Below, one piece after another: positions 36,956-47,600 of a DNA stretch of 64,000 bases; position 1 is the first letter of the stretch; the number at the start of each line of letters is the position of its first letter. Both the position numbers and the translations under genes were made by a program. The stretch spans positions 870,001 through 934,000 of the forward strand of contig MU054187.1 of the NCBI GenBank assembly GCA_013239625.1, given 5' to 3'. The DNA is from Lama guanicoe. Its lineage: Eukaryota. The notes under the pieces are model-generated. The model worked only from the letters and a program-made list of their open reading frames with translations, was not told where the DNA came from and made no database searches.

Positions 36956-39073
36956 AAGAAAGCCATTCTTGTCACCACCAGGGGATCAATCAGCTTTAGG
37001 CTTCCAGAATGGAAGTGTGGGAAGTCACCTTATGACAGGACCAGTCATAACAGAATATTCTGGCCCCTTTGTCCAAAGTCAACCCTTCATTCGGGATGGA
37101 GGTGCATGAGAATAAGGAAATATGTGGTAACGCTTGCACCTGGAATCCCGTGCTCCCACCCTCAGGGCGTGCCACGCAGAGGAAGGGTGTCTACTGAGCA
37201 GAGCCTGTGTGTTGAAGTCACAGTGGGGCCTTTATCACAGGAAAGTGAGCAGAGAAGCACAGCCACACCAGCCCTGGGAGCAGGTTAAAGAAGGACAAAA
37301 ATAAAACCACTTTCTAATTACATTTCTCAAGTTGTGTGTATTGACTGTAACACAGACAGTGAGCTTTAATGATTAGCTAACTCAGCAGTTGTTTAAATAG
37401 TGCCCAATAATTTAATATGAGATGTTTTATATTACACAGAAAATTGTGATTCAATTAATCATGTGAGTTTTGCAACAGAAATTAGTTCCAGATGAGCACA
37501 GACATTTTACAAAGCGAGAGTGTATGTGGGTTTCCAACCTGGTTCTGTCAGCTCTGAGTCAGGAGCTGGTAAGAGGGCTGTTCCCTCTGGACTCTGTATG
37601 TGAGAGAGGGAGGGAAAAAAGTCTTCTCATTTTCCTTAAATAATGCAAATTGGGGTGGAGTTTAGACGAGTGAGGTTCAGAAGCCCGAGGTGTGCAGCTC
37701 AAGCAGAAACAGCTTTGACAGATTCAGGTGGAGAAGACCCACCTGACCTCAGCTGTGCCCGGCACGTTCTACCCCATACTGGTTTTGGACTTGTTTTCCT
37801 CATCAGTTTCTCCCAGAATCACTGTATCTGCACCTGCAATGGCTCCGAGTACCTTACTCAGCGAACAGTGTTGCCCCAACACCCCAGGACAGGACCAACT
37901 CGCCCGCCGGGCGTGGGTACCAGACGCGGCCGGCCTGCCTGCTTGTTTCTCGCTCTTTCTGTCCAGAACTTCAGAGGCCTGTGTCAGGCTGAAGTCTCAT
38001 TCCTTTACTAGAGGAGACATTTCTCTACCAGAACTAGAGGCACAAGCGAGTTTCCCCCATTAGGCAGAGATGTCAACGTTACAACAAATTCTGCACAGTG
38101 GAAACTGCAGGAATGAGCCTGACTTGCTTTAATCCAGCCCCCACTTTGCACTCTTTAGTGAGGAACATTTAATTAATGACAGACTAAATAATTCTCTGAG
38201 AAGATCTGAAGCATATTTGTTTAATTAGACCTGAAAACATAGTTTGCAAGTACAATGTTGGCCTCTTGCATTTTGGCTTTTGCACCTGTCCTCCCGGGAG
38301 AGGCGTGGGGGGAGGGGGAAGCACAGGCCCTGGTGGGAGGGCCCTGCGTGCACTGGGGGCTGAGAGCTAACAGGCGCGTGACTCAACACGCCCCATCGGG
38401 GGAGCAGAACATGAAGGCGCAGGACAGAGCACGACGTCAGAGACGATGCCGGAAATCAGGGGGGTTCCGAAGGCCGGCGAGGAAAACCATTGTTTACCAG
38501 GTTCTAACTGCTGGACTTTTGAGTGTGTCCGAGTAATTCAGAGCAGCGTCCATACAAGCAACAACATACTCATGTTTCTATTTTCACTCCCATCACAGTA
38601 ACAGTTCACATTTTTCTGCCCAAAACATCAGGTATATTACATACCCAGGAGTGGGGGAGGTGTGTGTAAGGCACATTCTCCTGGTGGTGGTAATTCAGAT
38701 TATTGAAAGAGATGGTATAGGTTGCTGAAAAGTTCAACATAGGATTCTAATACGTTCTCTCCGCCTGGAATAAAGGAAACTACAGACTCGAGAATATGAT
38801 CAAGTAAGTTCCTTGAAAGGAACGAAAGTCTTAATAAGTCAGATCATACAAGCTCTTCTCTGGAGGGTAAGAGCACACACTACAGGGTCCCACCCAGGAA
38901 AGGTTTAAGACTATGCACATGCGATCGGCTGGGAGGTGGAGGGGACTGACTTGTGGGGCAGGGATGTTTACTGACTTGGAATGGACATGAGAAGAGCTTC
39001 TGGGACACTAGAACGTTTTCTATCCTAGGATATGACACCTGTGTGTCAGTAATGATCATGTTGCAGAAAAATG

Positions 39074-39631
39074 TGTTTCAGCTCGGTGTTACAGCTCAGT
39101 GGTGACAGCAACCTGGATTCCGATGACAGACCCAGCAGCACTCAGTTGAAGAACTCAGGTTTATTACAGCCAGCAGGCCCAGAGGAGATAACACTCCAAG
39201 CTCTGGACCCTGCCTGTATGTTTACACAGGCCTTTATAGGCTGCCAGTTTACACTCTGCAATATCATATGCAAATAAAGTATAACAAAAGTTGACCAACT
39301 AGGAGCAAGCTTTGTAGAAATAGACCAATCAGGAGTGAGAAAAATAACCAATCAGGAGTGAGGAGAATGGACAAATCAGGAGTGAGCTCCATGCAAATGA
39401 AGTACTACAAATGGACCAATCAGAAGTGAGAGTAATAACCAATCAGGAGTGAAGGAAATAACCAATCAGAAATGAGCTCAGGGAATCAGTAGAATTTTAG
39501 AGGTAAGTAAGCCATTTCAGAGGCAAAAAGTGAGATAGCACCTCTAGGCCAGGGAACCTAATGGTGGTGGCACAAGAGTAGTGGCCCTGCTTGGGGGTCC
39601 TGCCCGTCTTTTTATGGGGCTTCCCGCCTCA
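39074..39631 (-). mobile_element. ERV solo LTR (TG...CA) with a tandem CCAAT array and two octamers
   Basis: Minus-strand TATAAA (39233-39238) upstream of AATAAA (39160-39165). CCAATCAG at 39325, 39348, 39416, 39439 and 39462. ATGCAAAT at 39268 and 39391. Inserted in an old L1 tail. The left boundary could be 39074 or 39087. Confidence 0.8.
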
Positions 39632-42600
39632 ATTACACAGCTTTATTCATACATAAAAATTCATCCTGCAGTATTTAGTGTATGTCACTGTGAGCACGTT
39701 AGGGTACAGCATGTATTTTTAAAAGGGTAGAGAAATAGCAAATGCCATATTTTCCTTATGCAAAAACAAGAGAGGTGTGTTACCTTACATTTCACACAAA
39801 ATCAAGACCTAAACTTGAAAGTCAAGGCTTTAAGTATTTAGAGGAAAATGTGTAAAAGTCCCCTTGTAATCTCAGGGGAAGGAAGCTACATTAAGCTACC
39901 AAATGGGAAAATACATTTGTGACACATACCACAAACAATTAACATGCAGGGTACATGAAAACTCCTTTAAAAAAAGAAAAAAGCAGTATTATAATGGGCA
40001 ATAAACATGAGCTGACACTTCTCAGCATAAGGAATAGTATCGCCCGATAAGCATGTGAAGTTGGTGCTTGACCTTAATTGTATTCTGGGAAGTGAAATTA
40101 CGAACAGTGTGCCATTTAGTTTTATGACCAATATTTTGGCAAAAATTAGGAAGTGTGGTAGGAGTGTAAGTATTAAAACCAATTTAGATAGCAATTTGGT
40201 CCACTTTGTAAAGCGTGCACAAAAATGTTAAGTGTTCTTTGTAAACACCAAGCATGGAGAACAGCTCACACACCAGTTGCCAGCCCCGCGCACGCACAGT
40301 TTACGAGGTTGTCACAGAACAGAATTGCAAGAGCAGTGAACACGGCAGAGGAGAAAAGTAAACAAAGTGCAGTCACAAAACAGCCACACAGCTAAGTCTT
40401 AAATATTATAGTATTTAAATAAAAGCAAAAGCTGCTAAAAGCTGCATCCAGTATGACATCATCGATCCAATGATCAAATGTAAACTAAAGCGAAAAACCT
40501 GTGCTTCAAAATGTGCACACACACAATAGAAACATTGTTAACAAAGCAAGGAGATGGCAAGCCCCAAATCCATCCGGTACTTCTGCAGAAAAGACAGACC
40601 TGAAGGCAGAGGTAGACCTTCTATTTCTTCAGCTGTCAGTGAGTCAATGCAGGCTTCATTCATCACAGGTGAACGAGGGATGCACGGGTGGACAGATGAC
40701 CAATAGATAATATTGCCTGTCATCTAACGGTCCGTCTACCTGGTACACCTTGGGAATGCGTGTGTGTGTGTGTTACGAAGGAAGCACCATGCATAAAAGT
40801 TGCTTCTATGTATCAATTTAGTAAAATGATTTTACAGAAAAGGATTTTTCCCTAAGTGGATTGACTTTTGAAAAAGAGGAGCCAGGAAGGAGAGACTGTC
40901 ACAGCATCAGGGAACCAGAAGGCGCAGGTGAACTGTTCTTCCACCTGGAAGGAAGCGGCTCTGCATCAGGACGGACCAGGCTTAGGTTCACTCAGGGCTT
41001 CTTTTTATGTCGTCCTTCTGGTTGGAGGGAACAAAAGCCTGGGGGACAGCCGGTGGCAGGACGCCTCCTCCAGCCTGTGGGGTCCCCCCAGCTCGGGGGA
41101 CCTGCAGAGGGTCCTGGACGAGCGTGAGCGTGAACCTGGGAAGGGAAGGCTGGGCTTCCGGGCTTGTAACAGGAGTGAAGCAAGTCCACAGACAGCAGAG
41201 GTTCTCAACATCACAGAAACAAAGCAGCTTGAGGCCACGCATCCTGCAAACCATTCCAGGGCAGGGCTTAGGTGTCAGAAGGACAGGCAGGGAGTCCCGG
41301 TTCTGGAGGAAGGAACATGCAGCAAAATTGTAACCAGGCTGCGGGCACCCTGTGGGTTTAATTTTAAAACTGGATTGACACAAATCTACATTTGCCAATT
41401 TTGGTATCTTCTTTTGACTTTAGCTTGCTTCATCAAATAAGAAATCTCTGGAGTTGTAAAGAACGTTGAGTTATATATCATATATTATGAAGAAACAGGC
41501 AGACTATAAAAACCCTTTTAAGACTGACTGCATATTCTGTGGAAGGCTGTAGACTTTCTAAGTCTCTGGAATGATGAGGACAACACACAAAAGAATGTCA
41601 CCATGTGCGAAAACTGTGAACTGCATCCTTGAACGCCCACAGATTCTGGGAGCTCGTCTGGGGCTTAACCCACCCAGAGTGAGCGTGGTCTTTCCACCTG
41701 CTGTGCTTTCCTCTCCTCAAACTACTTATCGAAAGAGCCAGGCAGCACGGGTGTAAGGACGTGGCCAACCTGGACTCTCCAGAGAAGTGACATCAGCTCT
41801 CATTCCTTCAGTGTCATCACTCACGTTGTTATGGACTGTACGGCATATGTTAGGCAAACTGTTGGGAACTAGAGAGAAAATGACGTGTGTGACGCTCTGT
41901 GAATGCAAATGTCAAATTACCTCCTCACACAGAAGCATGTTATCACTGTGTCTGCAGGAAAGACATAACGCTCCCCCGAGTAATTTTTCATGATGGTTTT
42001 TAAAGGTGGCTACGGTTAAACACCACTACCGGCCACGTGAAAATACGGTGACGATGAAAACACATAAAACTGCATCGGTTTTAGGCACCATGTCAACAAC
42101 GAATTGTTTTCTGAGCTGTGGTCTATTTAGGGGAGATCACAGAAGAGACAGGTCTGCTGGAAACTCTCAAGAAAGGGTGTCACTTTGCAATCACTTAAAA
42201 ACAAGTCTTTGGAGATAACTGAATACTTAAAATTAAACTAAATAAGACCTGAATATTCAGCAAGAAGTTGGAGACAATGTTGCGGACGCAGTGCGGGTAC
42301 TGTTGCGGTGAGTTAGCTGGTGAGCGTGGATGACACTATATCTGGTTTAAAGAAAACCCAGCACCGCTGTGGGCTGACAGTGATGGCTTTATGACTTCTG
42401 GCTATGGAAGTGGGTAACCAGGACATTCGACGTCTTATTCAAGGCAGGACAGAATATCCTAAGGCGGCTTTGAAACCGGTAAGAGCACGTCTGTGTCGTG
42501 AAGGGACACCCCTGCTTCCACCTCCCACGTCATGGGAGCCGATCGCACCCCAGGGTCTCCCATAAATCTGATCGACGGAAACATGCAAACTGTCATCTGT

Positions 42601-43112
42601 CTCTCTTGCAAATACTTGGTGGTTGGCTGGGGAACATTTACATGCTTGCTTCCAGCATCTCCGAGGGCCACGCAGAGTAAGCGGCGGTTACGCTCAGGCA
42701 GACTCGCATTACAGCGGCTGGATGATCCTCCACTTCAAAAAATCTCAGGGAAAGCAAGTGAATAATGCGACTGCACCCGGGGTGGGCCCTTATTTATGTC
42801 ACCTGACACGCGTGCAGCGAAAATATGTCCACACGGCCCCATAAACAGCGCTGGCGGCAGGGCAGCCGCACGTCCGCTGTTCCCGGCAGATGGCGTCTCT
42901 GGGTTCAGAGACGAGCGACAGAAATGGATACATAATTAGACAAACTGAAAAATGAGGACACCTAACAAGATCAAGTAAGGAAAAGAAAGCAACATGTATT
43001 TTTAACAGTGTCAGACAAGAGCTGGAGGAAAGGACGTGAGCTCCTCTCAACCGGCGGCCCGGGAGCAAGCTCTCTGCGCCACGTGCTCACCGCGCACGCG
43101 CACGAAGGGGAC

Positions 43113-43223
43113 GAGCGGAGGCCACGCCTCCAGGGCGGGGCCAGGGCCTCCCTCCTGGACCGAGCGCTGGAGCGGAGGCCACGCCTCCAGGGCGGGGCCG
43201 GGGCCGCCCTCCTGGACCAGAGC
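43113..43223. repeat. 57-bp tandem duplication with GC boxes in a CpG-rich patch (~42780-43330)
   Basis: Near-identical copies of gagcggaggccacgcctccagggcggggcc...ccctcctggacc start at 43113 and 43170. Confidence 0.9.
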
Positions 43224-43524
43224 TTGGGGTGGGGGCGGGCAGGGCTGGAGGGCTCTGCGCGCACCAGCCTTTCCTGTGAGGGAATCCGCAACTCCGCAAG
43301 CCTGAGGGCTGCACGGTGGCTCTAGGGGAGGGAAGAGAAGGTTCCATCACAGGAAACAGAAAGGGCGTCTTAGATGTGCGGAGTGAAACGAGGAGGACCC
43401 ACAGCGGAAGGTTTGAGTACCTTTGCGTGTGTGCGCTCCTGGGCAGAAAACACCACGTGTCTGCTGGGGCCAGAATAAGGGGATGTCTGGTGATGGTGTG
43501 ACCGGAGGCGCTCTGCCGCCTTCT

Positions 43525-43897
43525 CTTTTTTTGAACACCTTCACTGTGGTGTGGTTCTTGTACTACACGTACTTCAGGTGTGCATGTTGATGAATTTTGA
43601 CAGATGTACACACCCATGAAACCACCACCACAGTCAAGATAGCCAGCATTTCCATCTTTTCCCAATTTACCCGTTCCCACCCCCTCGGACCCCTGGTAAC
43701 CGTAAGTTTGTTCTCTAGGTCTGTGAGTCTGTTTCTGTTTTGTAGATAAATTTGTTTGTGTCCTTTTTTAAGACTCCACAGACACAGGATATCACATGGC
43801 ATTTTTCTTTCTCTCTTTGGCTTACTTTGCTTAGAATGACGATCTCCAGGTCCATTCATGTTGCTGCAGATGGCGTTATTTTATTCGTTTTTATGGA
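43525..43897 (-). mobile_element. L1 ORF2 end and 3' UTR with an atypical (L1M-like) terminal tail
   Basis: cttactttgcttagaatgacgatctccaggtccattcatgttgctgcagatggc (ORF2 end) is joined to cacacccatgaaaccaccaccacagtcaagatagccagcatttccatc. Confidence 0.85.
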
Positions 43898-44599
43898 ACC
43901 TTCTGAAGACAGCCCTAGGCAGAGACAAAGCTAGGAGGATGGATGACCAGTGCTGAGAACAGACAGACTCAACATGTTGTTCCCTGGGTATCTGCTCTCA
44001 CTACATTCACAAATGCAACATTGCCAGAAAGTGAATCTGTAAGTGAAATCAATAATCTACATGTATGTGATCTTGCCATGAAAATGATCCCCAGAAGGAA
44101 ACACCATCAGATCTCCTCCCCAAAAAGAAAAATAGAAAAAAAATCACACAAAACCAAATCCAAACGAATAATAAAACTGTCAAACAGAAACAGCAAATCA
44201 AAATCTACACAGGAGACAGCAGTCATGTACGTGGTGGTCTGTCTTCTTTGATAACGTCACACACACAAGGAAGAACTAGGAATTTCTTTTTTCATTTATT
44301 TTAGCATTTTCAGCACTACTTGTGTTATGTAATATTGTTGCCCCATATTTAGTGATTATGGAGAAAGTGTGAGCTGTAATTGAATTGCTAAACAAAATAG
44401 ATTCTCATGCACAGACTAGATAAATTAGAATTGCTTAATTTAATTTTAAGGGGGGAAATTTTGTTCTGGATTTAATAGCAATGTAATGTGCAAAAGAATT
44501 AATTATGAGAAACCTATTTTTTTTTCCAACTCTGAAAAGAACAAACATAAAACCAGGTGGGGGTAACCTCAGCTTGATCACTGTGAGCAGCTGTGCTAA

Positions 44600-44920
44600 C
44601 CTGACTGGACCAGGCTGGGCTGCGGGAACGGGCGAAACTCAAAACAGCAGTGGCTTCGTATAGCAAAGGCTTATTGCCAATTCAAATCACAGTCTGGGCG
44701 GGTCAGAGACAGCTGCCCTCTCCAGGTGCTTGCTCCTTTTCCGCAGAGCCTCATCTCCAACTGCCTGGGTCCAGTGTGCAGACCTACAGCAGAGTGCACA
44801 GGACGGTATCCCCACTGCAAAGGGCCTTCTTCTGAACGTAACACACATCCCTTCCACTCAAATCCTATTGGCCCAAGGCCTGAACCCAAACGTAAAGCCA
44901 TCTGGGAAATGTAAGAAAAC
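44600..44920. mobile_element. Old MaLR (MLT1K-like) LTR remnant
   Basis: cagtggcttcgtatagcaaaggcttatt...cacacatcccttccactcaaatcctattggccc...ctgggaaatgtaag. Confidence 0.5.
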
Positions 44921-46665
44921 ACGAGAGGATACGGGAGCATTTTCTCTGCCGCCAACCCAGAAAACACTGAACGTGAGTTCCTTCCCTTTGGCTGGATGTG
45001 CTGTCTGCAGTAAGACGTTGTCGTGACATAGTTATTTGCTTTTCTTGTGTGATTTTCTTAAGGTCGGCTTCACTTTCCATCAGAATTTTTCCACAATGTG
45101 ACACTTGAAAGAGTAATCTACTTTTCAGCCATGCGTGTGCGGGTGAATTATACGCCACAATTAAATCACGCACGTTCCATACATAAGAGTGGAATGTATT
45201 CAAATATAAATATAAGATAAACAGTAGGAGGAAAAAAACTCATAATTTTTGCTTGATGTTTAATTAATTTCAAAACCCAAAGGCTTTTGTAAAAATAAAA
45301 TTCTAGTTTTAAAGCTACGTCTCTATAACTTATTGAGAAATTGGCTTTAGGGCAAATGCATAACTATGAGTAAGGTAAGGTTTGTGGGCTTTGGTTCTGT
45401 TTTTTTTTTTTTAGTCTTCATTTTAATATTATGTGCATAATTTAACACAGTTTACATATATTTTCCAAAAGCAGTTGTAATTTGACGTTTTACATTTAGA
45501 TGCCTCAATAACACATATTTGCCCACAATTATATGATTCATTTTATTCTGGGATGAAATATTTGTTTAAAGTAATGTTTACATATTGGTAGTCCTTGAAT
45601 TAATCCTTACTATTTAGTCACAGTCATTAATGCAGTTGAAATTGGCTCTATTCAAAATATTTTCCAACAGAATAAATTTTTACCCATCTACTATTTACAA
45701 CTTATACATCTTTGCGATGTTGATTAAAATATACAAAGTGGTAAATTAAATTTCTTAACAGATAGAATATTTTACATATTAAAGCATATCTTTAAATGTG
45801 TGGCTATTTTAACATGTTTGCAGCACATATGTTAGTCATGCATTCAGAGTTTTTAAAAGGTCTAGTTTCTAATTTCATAGTTTGTCCCTAAGCAATACAA
45901 ATTTATTTTGGGTGTAATCTTTTCTTCTTTATCTCTCTCAGCGCTTGGAGCAGTTTAGCTCCATGAATGCAAGCACATGGACTTTTAATTCATAAATCTC
46001 TACCGAGGGCGGCATATTAGATTTTTCTGTTATCAAGCAAACGTTCATTCCCTTTTCTGAGCATGAATTTCCTCCGATAATGGAGGTTCAGGAAGAACTA
46101 AAACAGTTACTTGGTACCTCCAGGTGTTCCTCCTCCGGTGATTACCAGTCGGGGAGGGAACAGGCTGCACATTTGGCAATGTTGGAACCTACTTAGACAT
46201 TCTGTTTTTGTTCAGGTAATTACACAGTGGCGAGGGACCAGGTTGAACTGATATTAGATATTGCTTTTCAGACTATTAATACAAGCACTGTCTTCTGTTA
46301 AAGACAGAGCAATCCTGCACCTCCAGCAGAGCAAAACTGCCCTGTTTATCTATTTGCATTTTTCTCTTCTTTACCCACCAGGGATTCTTTCAAGCTGAAC
46401 CTCTGAACTATTACCACGCCAAGAGGGGCTGCTGAGACTTCAAAACTGCGAGCATAGGGTAGATGGTGCGCGCCCTGGCCAGGTGGCGTGTGCCAGACCC
46501 GATGTCTGTCAAGCATTCGTGTATTAGGATGTCAGATGCCAGGCACCTGGACACTTGGAAACAGCAGAGAATATAAAGCTTTTAAATGCGCCAAGAGAGA
46601 AAATCACGAGGAAGTGTATGAACATGACTCGAAGGGAGAGAGAGAGAATGTTTTAGAAAATTCTT

Positions 46666-46760
46666 GGGGGTGGGGGTACTGCCCAGCAGTAGAGTGCATG
46701 CTTGGTGTGCAGGAGGTCCTGGGTTCAGTCCTCAGAGCCTCCGTTAAGGGAAACAGAAAA
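46666..46760 (+). mobile_element. Vic-1-like camelid tRNA-derived SINE
   Basis: gggggtgggggtactgcccagcagtagagtgcatgcttggtgtgcaggaggtcctgggttcagtcctcagagcctccgttaa plus an A-rich tail. Degenerate Pol III A and B boxes. Short flanking repeat agaaaat. Confidence 0.8.
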
Positions 46761-46849
46761 GAAAATCCCAGAGAGCAGTGGATTTCACCGTCTGCTATTT
46801 TATAAGGTTTCTGAAGGCTGAGAGGTGGAGGCCGGGGCTGTGTGAGTAC

Positions 46850-47600
46850 AGGGAGGCCTGGGTGCTTGCCTTCCCCAGGCTCCCGAGTGGCCCCCAGACA
46901 CGCCGCAGCTCGAACTACTGAGCTGCTGAGCACCGTCTGGGTGCTCACGACCAGACCCGCCGCGGCGAAGGACACAGGAAGGCCACAGGTTTAGGGTGAG
47001 GGCTGTCCCCTCGAAAGTCACTGAGATAGCGCGGTCAGTGCTGTGTGGCCGCGCTCCGGGTGGGGGGAGGGTGGTCGCGGGGCGCGCTGCGGCCTGAGGT
47101 TTCTCAGCCCAGGGTAAGCCCTTCTCCCAGAGCCGCCCAACTTTCCTGGGTCTCCAGGTGCTGAGTCTGTGGTTCTCGGAGGTTCTGTGAAAGGGCCCAG
47201 GGTCCCAATAGTAACTCTGCATCAAGAGTTAGACAGACGACCCCTTCTGGCCCAGGAGGGTGGGTGTGGAGATGTGTCGCCGGGGTCCTCTTTCTGAGAA
47301 GTCCTTCCTCAGAGCCATTGGGAAGGCGGTGGGGAGGCTGCCTTGGGCCGCCTTTCCAAGGCCAGCAGCTGCGGAGAGCAGCTCTGCCCAGGGACAGTGC
47401 CCGCTCCCGGGACAGCACCCCTGCTGACGGAGGCCGGGCGGGGGGCTGGGGCTTAAAGAGCTGGAGCAGCCCCACCTCCAGGCGCCCCGAGCTGGCGGGG
47501 CTGTCCGCGGGCTCCTTCTCTGCCCGGGCCGCCACCTCTTTCCCTCCCCGGAACCCGATCCCCAGCACGCTCCTCACTAAACACCGTGCCGGCTGAACTT
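46850..47600. promoter_or_regulatory. Secondary CpG-rich island, orphan promoter or enhancer candidate
   Basis: Dense CpG and GC boxes (ccgggcggggggct, ggcggggc). No repeat recognised. Confidence 0.4.

Noticed and set aside
36382..36999. ORFs encoding poly-E, poly-K, poly-S and poly-F
   Set aside because: They are translations of the (TTC)n microsatellite.
39290..39475. Regularly spaced repeats resembling a CRISPR array
   Set aside because: Units are ~23 bp with no unique spacers, there are no cas genes, and the context is a mammalian LTR U3 enhancer repeat.
46062..46196. Coding-looking plus-strand stretch (HEFPPIMEVQEELKQLLG...)
   Set aside because: Short, with a weak GAG acceptor and no partner exons or recognisable family.
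46666..46745. tRNA gene
   Set aside because: The A and B boxes are degenerate, there is no intact cloverleaf, and the A-rich tail and flanking repeat indicate a SINE.
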